DNA of 64,000 bases from an uncultured Actinomycetota bacterium (GCA_963795385.1 CAWCHK010000012.1:2443-66442); one strand, 5' to 3'. Numbered from the stretch's first letter, positions 44,273 through 54,198 are shown. The notes: generated by a model from the sequence alone, not told the origin. Numbers and translations: made by a program.

Positions 44273-45619
44273 TCAACGGCCGCCCCGGCGCACCTCCTCG
44301 AACCCTCCGTCGGGCCGGCGCACGAGCTGACCGGTCTCGTGTCCGTGCTCGGCGACGTCACGGTCCCGGTCCTGGAGACCGAGGCAGACGCCTCGGGTCA
44401 CGGCGTAGGCCAGGACCGGGCCGGCCACGAGAGCGACCCGGAGGATGTCGACCTGGGTCTCGAACGAGACGTGGAGGTGGGTCGCGATCACGTCGCTGCC
44501 CGCGGCCGCCCAGAGCGTTCCGTAGAAGACCAGACCGGCGACGCCGAGCGCCGTTCGATGCGGGGCGTCCCGCGGCCGGTCGAGGAGGTTGTGGTCCCGC
44601 CGGTCCCCGGTGATCCTCTCCTCGATGAACGGGTAGGCCACGATGACGGCCAGGAACAGGCCGACCACCACCATCGGCACGAGTACGGCGAGCGGCCAGG
44701 TCCCACCCGGCCCGGTGACCTCCCAGTGCGACGGCACCAGTCGCAGCGCCCCGTCGAGGAAGCTGGTGTACCAGTCGGGTTGGCCCCCGGCCGAGGCATC
44801 GGAGGGAGACGCCGGCCCGTTGAGCCAGACCGGCGCGACGGTCAGCGTCCCGGCCAGTCCGAACAGCAGGCCGACCGTCGCGAAGAACAGGCCGGCCGCT
44901 CGCACCGCTGCGCCGATCCAGGGCAGGCCCACCACGTTGTCCTCGGTCCGCCCGGGCCCGGCGAACTGGGCCGGCTCGTGCTGGGCCGCCAGCCTCATCC
45001 GCACCGCGATCACCAGGCCGAGCGCCAGCGGGACGAGGAGCACGTGCAACCAGTAGAGATGGGTGAGGATCCGGCTCGGGAACTCACCGCCGAAGAGCCA
45101 CCCGGTGAGCAGCCGGCCGACGAACGGGAAGCCGATCGTGATGCCCTCGACGATGCGCTGCCCGGTCCCGGCGAGCGTGTCGTCGGGCAGCCCGTAGCCG
45201 CTCCAGCCCGCCGCCAGGGCGAGGACGAAGATGACGCCGAGCAGCACCCACACCCAGCGCCGCGGGCGCCGGAAGCCACCGGTGAAGAAGGCGCTGAGCA
45301 TCTGCAGCATCAGGGACGCCAGCAGGGTCAGGGCCGCCCAGTGGTGGGCCTGGCGCATCAGCAGTCCCGCACGCAGGTCGAAGGAGATCCGCAGGGTCGA
45401 TGCGTACGCCCTCGACATCTCGACGCCCCGGAGCGGGGCGTAGCTGCCGTGATAGATGATCCGGTCGTTCGAGGGGTCGTAGTAGAGCAGCAGGTAGACA
45501 CCGGTGACGACGAGGACGGCCAGGCAGGCCGCGGACACCGTGCCGAGCAGGAACGTCCAGTGGACGGGGACCGCCCTCGCTTCGAGACGACGCCGCAGCC
45601 GTCCCAGCCTCGTCCGCAC
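44273..45619 (-). CDS. Stand-alone cytochrome b (QcrB) paralogue, degenerate heme bH site
   Basis: P.HWTFLLG, RQAHHWAA, FFTGGFRRPR, GY.LPDD, QPDWY, YPFIEER.TGD...HNLLDRPRDAP; start 45619 (GGAGG RBS) or 45628. Confidence 0.88.
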   Translation of the reverse strand: MRTRLGRLRRRLEARAVPVHWTFLLGTVSAACLAVLVVTGVYLLLYYDPSNDRIIYHGSYAPLRGVEMSRAYASTLRISFDLRAGLLMRQAHHWAALTLLASLMLQMLSAFFTGGFRRPRRWVWVLLGVIFVLALAAGWSGYGLPDDTLAGTGQRIVEGITIGFPFVGRLLTGWLFGGEFPSRILTHLYWLHVLLVPLALGLVIAVRMRLAAQHEPAQFAGPGRTEDNVVGLPWIGAAVRAAGLFFATVGLLFGLAGTLTVAPVWLNGPASPSDASAGGQPDWYTSFLDGALRLVPSHWEVTGPGGTWPLAVLVPMVVVGLFLAVIVAYPFIEERITGDRRDHNLLDRPRDAPHRTALGVAGLVFYGTLWAAAGSDVIATHLHVSFETQVDILRVALVAGPVLAYAVTRGVCLGLQDRDRDVAEHGHETGQLVRRPDGGFEEVRRGGR

Positions 45620-45660
45620 GACCGTCACCTCCCGAGTTCACGAACGTCTCTCACCCTGTA

Positions 45661-45687
45661 GACGAGACAGCCCGGCCGGACGTGACA
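45661..45687 (-). promoter_or_regulatory. ECF41-type promoter TGTCACG-N16-CGTC
   Basis: 16-nt spacing and near-exact match to the TGTCACA-N16-CGTC ECF41 consensus, upstream of the qcrB paralogue. Confidence 0.6.
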
Positions 45688-45729
45688 TCGGCGATTCCCT
45701 CCAGGCTCGGTCGACCCAAACGACACGGC

Positions 45730-46396
45730 TCAGACGCGAGAGGCCCGGACCAGCGCGGGGAGGTCGGCCATGTCGTCCATCAAGGTGGTCTCGGGACCGC
45801 GGAGCCGGTCGGCGGGGACCAGGCCCGTGACGTAGGCGATCGAGCGCATCCCGGCCGCGCGCGCCGCCGCCAGCCCGGGGGGCGAGTCCTCGACGACCAG
45901 GCACCGATCGGGGGGCACCCCCATGACCGCGGCGGCGTGCAGGAACAGGTCCGGCGCGGGCTTGCCACGCTCGACGTCCTGCGCGCTGAACCGGCGCCCC
46001 TCGAACGCCTCGGCCAGCCCGACCCGGCCCAGGTTCTTGACGACCTTCGCGTGCGACCCGTTGGACGCGACGGCATGCTCCACGCCGAGCGCGGTGATGG
46101 CCGCGATGGCGTCCGCCACCCCCGGGACCGCCTCGAGCTCGGTCGAGAAGGCGTCCTCGTACCAGCTCTCGTACGGCTCGTCCCAGCCGTCCTCGAGCGC
46201 GCCGCCCGAGCTCGGCCTCGACCGCCGCTCGCCAGTAGTCGTCGGTGCACCCGGCGAAGCGGTCGATCAGCACCTCCGGAGTCACCGCCCATCCGAGGTC
46301 GGTCAGCACCGCCGCTCCGACCCGGGCCGCGATCGGCTCGGAGTCGACCAGCACCCCGTCGCAGTCGAAGATCACCAGACTGATGTCGTCGCGCAT
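45730..46396 (-). CDS. HAD-family phosphatase, apparent frameshift at ~46200
   Basis: FDCDGVLVDSE in one frame; VASNG, KPAPD and VEDS..G in another. Confidence 0.8.
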
Positions 46397-46419
46397 CGCT
46401 TCCCTTCCATCCTTGGGGC

Positions 46420-47613
46420 TCACGGTGACGGCACCACGAGGGCCGCCAGGATCATCGACGCGGCGGACACCGCGATCGTCTCGTGCACGCCGACCCGGCC
46501 GACCAGCACCCCGCCCAGGACGGCGCCGACGCCACCCCCGACCAGGAAGCCCGTCGTCAGCCAGCTGTAGGCCTCGTTGCGCCGGCGGACCGGTACGGCG
46601 GCCGCCAACCGCTCGAACAGCACGGCCAGCGTGGGCGCGATGACCAGCCCGCCGACGAAGAGCACCGGTGGCATCAGCTCCGGCCGCGGGACGCCGACGA
46701 GCACGAGCATGTGGAGTGAGACGCCGAACACGAGCAGTCGCAACGGGATTCGCCTCCGCGGCGCCAGCCCGAACAGCAGGCCGCCGGTCATCGAACCCCC
46801 GGCCCACAGGGCGAGCAGGACCGCACCTGGCACGGCCGATCCGCGGGCCGCTGCAAGAACGGCCAGGTTGGCCGCGGCGAACGCCGTGTCGAAGAGCGCT
46901 GCCGTCAGGACGAACCGGGCCAGCAGCAGACGGGTACGGCGGCCGTCGCGAGCCACCGGCTCGACGCCCGGCGCGTCCGGCATCGCGTGCTCGCCGTCGT
47001 ACACCCGGTGGTCGTCCGGTCCGTCGTCCACCGGCGCCCGGCCCCGAGCGGCCCCGAGGAACGCGAGGGTGCCGCCGGCCCCGACCGCGCCCGTGCCGGC
47101 GACGCCGGCGGAGGGGTACGACGTGGCGGCGAGGCCGGCGGCGAACGGCGGCCCGAGGACGAAGACGAGCTCCATCAAGGTCGTGTCGAGGACCAGGCCC
47201 TGCTGTCGCACCCCCGGCGGCACCAGCTCGAGCAGGGCCGCCCGGCCGGCTGCGCTCAGCGGTGGGAGCGTGCAGCCGGACAGGACGGCGGGCCCGACGG
47301 CGAGGGCGAGCGGGTGGTCGAGCAGGGCGACGAGCAGGGCGCAGCTGACGGCGAAGCCGATGCCCAGTGGCAGCAGGACCCGTTCGCGGCCCTGCCGGTC
47401 GAGCAGCCGGCCGACCATCGGCTGGGCGACGGCCGCCCCGGCGGCGTGCGCCCCGCTGAGGACGCCAGCGCGCGCGTAGGTCCCCCCGTCACCGGTGACC
47501 GCAAGGACGATCGCCACCGTCATCATCGCCGACGGCAGCCGCCCGAGGAGCACGGTGCCGAGGACGGCCGGCACGCGCGGTACCCGGAGGAGCGAGCCGT
47601 ACGAGCCGGTCAC
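46420..47613 (-). CDS. MFS transporter
   Basis: GRLLDRQGR motif A, multiple TMs; GTGA coupling. Confidence 0.82.
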   Translation of the reverse strand: MTGSYGSLLRVPRVPAVLGTVLLGRLPSAMMTVAIVLAVTGDGGTYARAGVLSGAHAAGAAVAQPMVGRLLDRQGRERVLLPLGIGFAVSCALLVALLDHPLALAVGPAVLSGCTLPPLSAAGRAALLELVPPGVRQQGLVLDTTLMELVFVLGPPFAAGLAATSYPSAGVAGTGAVGAGGTLAFLGAARGRAPVDDGPDDHRVYDGEHAMPDAPGVEPVARDGRRTRLLLARFVLTAALFDTAFAAANLAVLAAARGSAVPGAVLLALWAGGSMTGGLLFGLAPRRRIPLRLLVFGVSLHMLVLVGVPRPELMPPVLFVGGLVIAPTLAVLFERLAAAVPVRRRNEAYSWLTTGFLVGGGVGAVLGGVLVGRVGVHETIAVSAASMILAALVVPSP

Positions 47614-48863
47614 GACGCCGCCCGGACGGCGGCCGTCCCCGGGGCGCCGGACAGCCGTCGCTCCTGAGCCGGCGCGAGGCCGGCGCGGACCGCTGCGCAA
47701 CCGAGACCGGCCACGGCACAGCCGATCCAGAGGGCGCGCGCGCCCAGCCGGTCCAGGACCGCGCCACCAGCTGCGGGGCCGAGGACCAGGGCGATGCTCC
47801 ACGTGGAGGCGAAGGCACCGAGATACCGCCCGGTCTGGCCGGCAGGAGCCAGGTCCGCACTCACCGACATCGCCACCGGCGCGTTGACGACCTCTCCGAG
47901 GGTCCAGATGACGACCGTGCCGGCGTAGGCGACCCAGGTGTGCGCGAGGGCCGTGGCGCCGAAGCCCACGGCGTTGAGCGCGGCGGCGATCACGAGGGAC
48001 CACGAGCGGGGCCGCCGGGCCAGCCGGGTCGCGGCGGGCATCTGCACCAGCAGCAGCAGGGCTCCGTTGAGACTGAGCAGCAGCCCGAACTGCGTCGCGG
48101 ACAGACCGTCGTCGTGCGTCACCACCGGCAACGTGACGGTGCACTGGACGTAGACCATCTGGAACACCAGGTTCGTCGCCAGGAACAGGAGGTACGCCGG
48201 GTCGGTGACCGGGCCGCGCCGGGCCTCGTCCTCCGGACCGGCCGGCGCCGCGGCGGCTCCCGGGTGTCGTGGCAGACGCCGCCACACGATCAGCGCCGCG
48301 AGGGCCAGCCCGGCCGCCTGCGCGACGAAGAGCGCGCCGAACCGCCAGGCCGAGAGCAGCCCCGCGAGCAGCGGCGCGAGGGCGTACCCGAGGTTGACCA
48401 TCCAGTAGTTCAGGGCGAAGCCGTGCAGCCGGGCCGGCTGCGGGACGAGGGCCGCCAGCAACGCGCTGCTCGCCGGCCCGATCGCGTTGAGGGCGGCGCC
48501 GAGTGCGACCAGCGTGACCACGACGGCGCCCCGTTGGTGCGCGAGCCCCAGGACGAGGGTGCTCAGCCCGGCGGCGGCCAGCGCGCAGAGCAGGGTCCGC
48601 TGCGCGCCGACCCGGTCGGCCACGGCGCCGGAGGCGAGGACCGCCGCGAACCCACCCGCGCCGTACGCCGCGAGGGCGGCCGACGACGCGCCCAGTGACC
48701 ACCCGAGGTGGCGGGTGAGCAGGATCATCAGGAACGGCACCAGCAGGCGGCTGGACCAGACGACGAGAGTGGCAAGGGAGAGCCACCAGAAGGCTTGCGG
48801 CAGAGGGCGATCCGGGTCCGGCTGCAACCGCCTGAGGGCGGTCCGCCCGAGCTGGTCCACCAC
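47610..48863 (-). CDS. MFS transporter
   Basis: GAVADRVGAQR motif A, about 12 TMs. Confidence 0.88.
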   Translation of the reverse strand: MVDQLGRTALRRLQPDPDRPLPQAFWWLSLATLVVWSSRLLVPFLMILLTRHLGWSLGASSAALAAYGAGGFAAVLASGAVADRVGAQRTLLCALAAAGLSTLVLGLAHQRGAVVVTLVALGAALNAIGPASSALLAALVPQPARLHGFALNYWMVNLGYALAPLLAGLLSAWRFGALFVAQAAGLALAALIVWRRLPRHPGAAAAPAGPEDEARRGPVTDPAYLLFLATNLVFQMVYVQCTVTLPVVTHDDGLSATQFGLLLSLNGALLLLVQMPAATRLARRPRSWSLVIAAALNAVGFGATALAHTWVAYAGTVVIWTLGEVVNAPVAMSVSADLAPAGQTGRYLGAFASTWSIALVLGPAAGGAVLDRLGARALWIGCAVAGLGCAAVRAGLAPAQERRLSGAPGTAAVRAAS

Positions 48864-48898
48864 CACTCCCCTGCGCCTCGGGCCTTTCGGGTTCAGAG

Positions 48899-48936
48899 TG
48901 AGAACGTTCCCACTCACCGTCCTGAGAACGATCCCA
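48899..48936. promoter_or_regulatory. Pair of LacI-type operators TGAGAACGTTCCCA / TGAGAACGATCCCA
   Basis: Central-CG palindromes at 48899-48912 and 48923-48936. Confidence 0.75.
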
Positions 48937-48979
48937 CCGGAGGCCGGTCACGGTCAAGCGGTGCGGTACATTCGGCGCC

Positions 48980-50077
48980 ATGTCGACGCCGGTGCGAGGT
49001 CATGGCGTCGCCACGATCCACGACGTCGCTCGGGCCGCGGGGGTCTCCCGGTCCACTGCGTCACGCGCACTCGCGGGCTACGGCGTCGTCAGCAAGGAGG
49101 CCGCCGAGCGGGTCCAGGCCGCCGCCGCGACCCTCGGCTACCGGGCGAACGGCGTGGCCCGGTCGATGAAGACCGGGCGGTCCAACACGCTCGGGGCGGT
49201 CGTCGCCGACATCGAGAACGCGTTCTTCGCCCGGGCCATGCGCGGATTCACGGATGTGGCGCGGGCCAACGGCTTCCAGGTGATCCTGACGAACACGGAC
49301 GAGGACCCGGCCCTGGAGGCGTCGGCCGTCCGGGTCTTCCAGGAGCGCCGGGTGGACGGCATCGTCGTGACGGCGGCGTCCCTGGACGAGGGCGGTCACC
49401 TGAGGGCCGCTCACGACGCCGGCGTCCCGATCGTCCTGCTCGACCGCCGCGTCCCGGGCCTGCCGGCCGACGTGGTCCACATCGACAACGTCAGCGCGGC
49501 CCGGGAGACGACCGGACACCTGATCGCGGCCGGCCACCGCAAGATCGCCATGGTCACCGGCGTCACGCACGTGGAGATGGCCATCGAGCCGTTGAACGCA
49601 CCACCGGGCGTCTCGACCAGCCGGGACCGGCTGGAGGGCTATCGCCAGGCCCTGGCCGCGGCGGGCATCGAGTTCCGCTGGGACTACGTGCGCACCGCCG
49701 ACTTCCACCTGACGGCAGCCCGTCGCGAGGTCGAGCGGCTGCTGCGGATGCGGGACCGCCCGACGGCCGTGTTCGCGACCGACAGCACCAACGCTCTGGG
49801 CGTGCTGCTCGCCCTGCGCGACGTCGGCCTCGAAGCGCCGGACGACGTCTCCGTCGTGGCCTTCGACGACGCGGACTGGGCCGACGTGGTCGAGCCGGGC
49901 CTCAGCGTGATGGCGCAGCCGGTCTACGAGATGGGCCGGCTCGCCGCCTCCCGGCTCGTGGCCCGGGTCAACGGCGAGTCGCTGCGCCCCAAGGACCACG
50001 TGCTCGCCACCGAGTGGCTCTCCCGGGACTCGGTGGGCCCGCCACCCCGCCGCCGCCGTCGCGTCCTCCCCACGTGA
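48980..50077 (+). CDS. LacI family transcriptional regulator
   Basis: TIHDVARAAGVSRSTASRAL, YRANGVARS, sugar-binding domain. Confidence 0.92.
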   Translation: MSTPVRGHGVATIHDVARAAGVSRSTASRALAGYGVVSKEAAERVQAAAATLGYRANGVARSMKTGRSNTLGAVVADIENAFFARAMRGFTDVARANGFQVILTNTDEDPALEASAVRVFQERRVDGIVVTAASLDEGGHLRAAHDAGVPIVLLDRRVPGLPADVVHIDNVSAARETTGHLIAAGHRKIAMVTGVTHVEMAIEPLNAPPGVSTSRDRLEGYRQALAAAGIEFRWDYVRTADFHLTAARREVERLLRMRDRPTAVFATDSTNALGVLLALRDVGLEAPDDVSVVAFDDADWADVVEPGLSVMAQPVYEMGRLAASRLVARVNGESLRPKDHVLATEWLSRDSVGPPPRRRRRVLPT

Positions 50078-50107
50078 CGGTGACCTCCGCGGCTGCCAGT
50101 CGCCGGT

Positions 50108-51010
50108 CTACTTGCCGATGCCGTCGGTGAGGCCGCGCAGGAACTGGCGCTGACCGATGAGGAAGAGGGCGATCATCGGCAGTGCGGCCATGGTCAGCCC
50201 GGCGAACTGCACCGGCCAGTTCGTGAGGAGTCGGCTCTGCATGTCGACCAGGCCGACCGGCAGTGTCTTGAGGTTGCCGCTGCTGATGAAGACCAGCGCG
50301 AAGACGAACTCGTTCCACGCGAACAGCGCCTGCAGCAACGCCGCCGAGACCATGATCGGGCGGCACATCGGCAGGATGACCCGCCAGAAGATCTGGGCGC
50401 GGGAGGCACCGTCGATGATGGCCGCCTCGTCGACGTCCGGTGGCAGGTCGACCATGTACGCCCGGATCAGGAAGGTCGTGAACGGGATCCGGAACGCCGT
50501 GTAGAGCACGATGAGCGCCCAGTACGTGTTGTAGATGTGCAGCTGCTGCAGCAGCCCGAACAGCGGCACGAGGGCGACCGTCGGCGCGAGCATGAGGCCG
50601 CCGAGCAGGAAGAGCATGATCGGGCCGGCGAGCGGAACCTTCACCCGCACCAGCCCGTACGCCGCCCAGGCGCTCAGGAGCGTCGTCGTGAGGATCGAGG
50701 CAGCGGTGACGATCACGCTGTTCGTGAAGTAGCGCACGACGCCGGCGTTCCCGGCCGCCACGAAGTTGTGCCAGCGCAGGTGCGAGGGCAGACCCCAGGG
50801 CCGGCCGAAGACCTCGCTGTTGTCCTTGAAGCTGCTGAACACCATCCACAGCAGGGGGTAGATCACGATGACGGCCAGGGCGGCGAGGACCACCCAGATC
50901 AGCACCCGGCTCGCGATCTGCCCGAAGCGCAGGCCGGAGCGGTTGGGCCGCACGGTCGTGGTGGTCGGGCGTCTGGTCGCCGACCGGTCTGTACGGGCGA
51001 TGTCGGTCAC
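50108..51010 (-). CDS. Carbohydrate ABC transporter permease (MalG-like)
   Basis: DEAAIIDGAS, AWNEF, TLPVGL. Confidence 0.9.
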   Translation of the reverse strand: MTDIARTDRSATRRPTTTTVRPNRSGLRFGQIASRVLIWVVLAALAVIVIYPLLWMVFSSFKDNSEVFGRPWGLPSHLRWHNFVAAGNAGVVRYFTNSVIVTAASILTTTLLSAWAAYGLVRVKVPLAGPIMLFLLGGLMLAPTVALVPLFGLLQQLHIYNTYWALIVLYTAFRIPFTTFLIRAYMVDLPPDVDEAAIIDGASRAQIFWRVILPMCRPIMVSAALLQALFAWNEFVFALVFISSGNLKTLPVGLVDMQSRLLTNWPVQFAGLTMAALPMIALFLIGQRQFLRGLTDGIGK

Positions 51011-51894
51011 CACTGCACCCTCCGCCGGCGTGTATAGACGATCTGGGCGGCCGAGATGACGAAGGTGATGACGAAGATCACCGTCGCGATCGCCGCGGCG
51101 TATCCCATGTCGTCCTGCAGGAACGCGTTCTGATAGAGCCAGGTCCCGAGGACCTGGCTGGAGTTCGACGGACCGCCCCCGGTCATGACGACGACCTCGT
51201 TGAACACGAGGAAGGCGCCGGACAGCGTGAGGATCATGACCAGCGTCGTCATCTCCCGCAGCAGCGGGATGGTGATCGAGAAGAACACCCGGACACCGGA
51301 GGCGCCGTCGACCCTGGCGGCCTCGTACAGCTCCTTGGGGATCCGCTGGATCGCGACGATGAACAGCACTGCGGTGTAACCGATCGACTGCCACTGGCTC
51401 ATGCCGATGACCGCGAAGATCGAGGTGTGCGGGTTCCCCAGCCAGTCCTGCTGGAGCGACCCCAGCCCGACGGCACCGAGGGCCCGGTTCAACAGCCCGA
51501 TCTGCGGGTTGTAGAGGAACGAGAAGAGGATGCCGGCCACGGTGATCGAGATGGTGGCCGGGATGAAGTAGATCGTCCGCAGGATCCCCCGCAGGCGGTC
51601 GTGGACGACCTCCTCCAGGACCGCCGCGAGCACCAGGGCGCCACCGACCTGGAAGACGATCGAGATCAGGGCGTAGAGGATGTTGTTGACCAGCGCCCGG
51701 CGGAACACCGCGTCGCCGAAGGCCGTCGTGTAGTTGTCCAGCCCCACGAACGCCGCGCGCGGCGAGAAGGCGCTCCAGGAGTAGAAGCTGAGCCGGATGT
51801 TGTCGACGATCGGGTAGTAGACGAAGACGCCCAGCAGGACGACCGCAGGCAGCACCCACACCCAGGTCCGCCAACGCCTCAGGGTGTGTGTCAT
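51007..51894 (-). CDS. Carbohydrate ABC transporter permease (MalF-like)
   Basis: VGLDNY, LYEAARVDGAS, MTGGGP, GYAAA. Confidence 0.9.
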   Translation of the reverse strand: MTHTLRRWRTWVWVLPAVVLLGVFVYYPIVDNIRLSFYSWSAFSPRAAFVGLDNYTTAFGDAVFRRALVNNILYALISIVFQVGGALVLAAVLEEVVHDRLRGILRTIYFIPATISITVAGILFSFLYNPQIGLLNRALGAVGLGSLQQDWLGNPHTSIFAVIGMSQWQSIGYTAVLFIVAIQRIPKELYEAARVDGASGVRVFFSITIPLLREMTTLVMILTLSGAFLVFNEVVVMTGGGPSNSSQVLGTWLYQNAFLQDDMGYAAAIATVIFVITFVISAAQIVYTRRRRVQW

Positions 51895-51932
51895 GCGTCC
51901 TCCACTCGCCGTGCTCCTCGGTGCGGCCGGCC

Positions 51933-51964
51933 GGCCGGCCCGGGACTCGGTCCCGGAGCCGGCC
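51933..51964 (-). other. Intercistronic stem-loop after the solute-binding gene
   Basis: GGCCGGC-CCGGGAC-tcg-GTCCCGG-a-GCCGGCC. Confidence 0.5.
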
Positions 51965-51987
51965 AGCCCCTGCTGACCGGAGATGGG

Positions 51988-53334
51988 TCAGCCCGCCTGC
52001 TTCTTGGCCTTGGCGGCGGCCTTCTGCACCGCCGCGATCACCTGCTGTGGCGTCTGCGTGCCGTTCGCGATGCCCTCGGCCCCGGCCAGGTACGCGTTCG
52101 CCACGAGCGCGTTGGTGACGGTGTCGAGCCAGATGGCGAAGTTGCTCGCCTTGGTCAGGTCGGCCAGCGCCTCCGTCTGCTGGGTGAAGGAGTTGTCCGG
52201 CGTCGAGGACCCGACGACCGGGCTGAGGTAGCCGATCTGCGCCGTCTCCTTCTTCGCGTTGTTCAGGCCGGTCATGAACTTCAGGAAGTCGACCGCGAGG
52301 GCAGCGTTCTTGCTGTCCTTGTTGACCATGAAACCGTCCGGAGCGCCGGTCAGCGCGTTGGTGTCACCGGGGGCACCGCTGGGAGCGGGGAGCCGGAAGA
52401 AGCCCCAGTTGTCGGCGATCGCCTTCGACGCGCCCTTCTTGGTCGTCAGGACCGGGAACTCGACCAGCTCCAGGTAGTGCATGCCCGCCTTGCCGGCCAG
52501 GAAGTTGGCCTGGGCGGCCTCGTGAGCCAGGCCGTCCGACGAGGGGTTGCTGCACTGCTTGATGATCGACTGGAACTGGGTGAGGGCCGTCACGTAGCCC
52601 GGGTCGGTGAACGCGCCGGTGGCCGGGGCGTAGTCCTTCGCCAGCGTCGCAGCGGGGACGTCGAAGGTGTTGAGCTGGGTCAGGTAGTGGATCGCCGGCC
52701 AGCCGAACTGGTTGCCGAAGGCGATCGGCGTGTAGCCGGCGGACTTCAGCTTGCCGCAGTCGCTGATCAGGTCCTCGAACGAGGTCGGCGGTGCGGAGAT
52801 CCCGGCCTTGGTGAAGGCCGTCTTGTTGTAGACCATGTACTTCGCGTCCAGGTCGATCGGCACGGCGTAGCTCTTGCCGTCGAGCTGGAACGCACGCAGG
52901 GCCGCGGGCGAGAACGTCTTGCCCCAGGCGGTGTTCGGGCCGATGACGCTGGTCAGGTCGGCCGCGAGCCCACCGCGGACGAACTTGTTCGCGAAGTCGC
53001 CGGCCCAGGAGAAGTAGATGTCCGGCAGGTTGTGCGAGGCGGTGAGGACCCGGATCTTGTCCTTGTACGGCTGGTCACCCACCTGCTGCAGGTTGACCTT
53101 CACGCCGGGGTTGGCCGCCTCGTACGCCTTGGCCATGTCGACGAAGTACGGCGCGTACTGCGGGTCGGCGAACTTGGTGAGGATGGACAGCGTCCCGCTC
53201 TTGGCCTTCGGCGTCGACAGGTTCGCCTGCTTGTCGCTCGACGTGCCTGAGTTCGGGGTGCCGCAGGCCGCGAAGGCCAAGCTGGCGACAACGGCTGCCG
53301 CCAGGACGGAGCTCGCTCGGAACACCTTCTTCAT
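51988..53334 (-). CDS. Sugar ABC extracellular solute-binding lipoprotein
   Basis: MKK signal peptide with FAAC lipobox, LPDIYF, YNK..F.KAGI..PPTSF. Confidence 0.9.
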   Translation of the reverse strand: MKKVFRASSVLAAAVVASLAFAACGTPNSGTSSDKQANLSTPKAKSGTLSILTKFADPQYAPYFVDMAKAYEAANPGVKVNLQQVGDQPYKDKIRVLTASHNLPDIYFSWAGDFANKFVRGGLAADLTSVIGPNTAWGKTFSPAALRAFQLDGKSYAVPIDLDAKYMVYNKTAFTKAGISAPPTSFEDLISDCGKLKSAGYTPIAFGNQFGWPAIHYLTQLNTFDVPAATLAKDYAPATGAFTDPGYVTALTQFQSIIKQCSNPSSDGLAHEAAQANFLAGKAGMHYLELVEFPVLTTKKGASKAIADNWGFFRLPAPSGAPGDTNALTGAPDGFMVNKDSKNAALAVDFLKFMTGLNNAKKETAQIGYLSPVVGSSTPDNSFTQQTEALADLTKASNFAIWLDTVTNALVANAYLAGAEGIANGTQTPQQVIAAVQKAAAKAKKQAG

Positions 53335-54191
53335 GACACATCCAATCTGTCGGGGTGGTGCTGGGCAGGGGTCGTACGTGGGTCTGGTTCGAGGGGGGTG
53401 GCATGACCGAAGGCGCCGAAGCTGGCGCAGGCCTGAGTGGCGTAGGTCGTTGCGGCAGTGACCAGCTCGGTGCGGGCCTCGTCGTGCGCCAGGCCGAGCA
53501 GGAGGCGGGCGATGAAGGCGTCGCCTGCGCCGAGCGTGTCGACGACGGGCCCCTCGGGAGCCGGCGCGAACCAGGTCTGCTCGCCCTCGAGAACGAGGGC
53601 GCCGCCGGCCCCGAGAGTCACCGCGACGATGCGCGGTCCGAGCGCGGCCAGCCGGGACGCGTCGGCCAGCGCCGTCTCGCGGTCGGCGCCCGGCGCCGAG
53701 CGGATGGCGATGTCGGCGTACGACGCAAGGGGCTCGATGTAGGCCCAGTCGCGCTCGGAGAAGTCGAACGACAGCCGCTGCGCGACCCGGGCCAGGTCCG
53801 GGACCTGCCCCTCGACGTTGGAGCACTCGCCCGTGTGGACGATGTCGAACGCCCCGGCGAAGGCGAGGTCGTCGGGCGTCAGGTCGAACACCGAGATGCC
53901 CAGATCGCCCTGGGCGAAGATCCGGTTGCCATCGACGACGTGCACGACCGCGTGCGCGTTCGGTCCCTCGACCACCCGCGTGTGGGAGGTGTCGACGCCC
54001 TCCTCGCGCAAGGAGCCGAGCACCACGTCACCGGCCCGATCCGTGCCGATCGCACCGATGTACGCCGCCTCCGCCCCGAGCCGGCGGGCGTGCACCGCGA
54101 CATTGACCGCGTTGCCCCCCGGATAGAAGGACCCCCGCTGGGGGTACTGGTCGACGACGTTGTCGCCCACGGTCAGCAGATGAGCAGCCAT
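53331..54191 (-). CDS. frlD: Fructosamine kinase (FrlD-like PfkB)
   Basis: GDNVVDQY....YPGGNAVNVAV, SFDFS, DTLGAGDAFIA; SIS gene context. Confidence 0.78.
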   Translation of the reverse strand: MAAHLLTVGDNVVDQYPQRGSFYPGGNAVNVAVHARRLGAEAAYIGAIGTDRAGDVVLGSLREEGVDTSHTRVVEGPNAHAVVHVVDGNRIFAQGDLGISVFDLTPDDLAFAGAFDIVHTGECSNVEGQVPDLARVAQRLSFDFSERDWAYIEPLASYADIAIRSAPGADRETALADASRLAALGPRIVAVTLGAGGALVLEGEQTWFAPAPEGPVVDTLGAGDAFIARLLLGLAHDEARTELVTAATTYATQACASFGAFGHATPLEPDPRTTPAQHHPDRLDVS

Positions 54192-54198
54192 GGTGACC

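Noticed and set aside
46420..48981. 853-aa apparent giant MFS
   Set aside because: Two separate MFS genes coupled by GTGA at 47610-47613; the upstream part is off-frame
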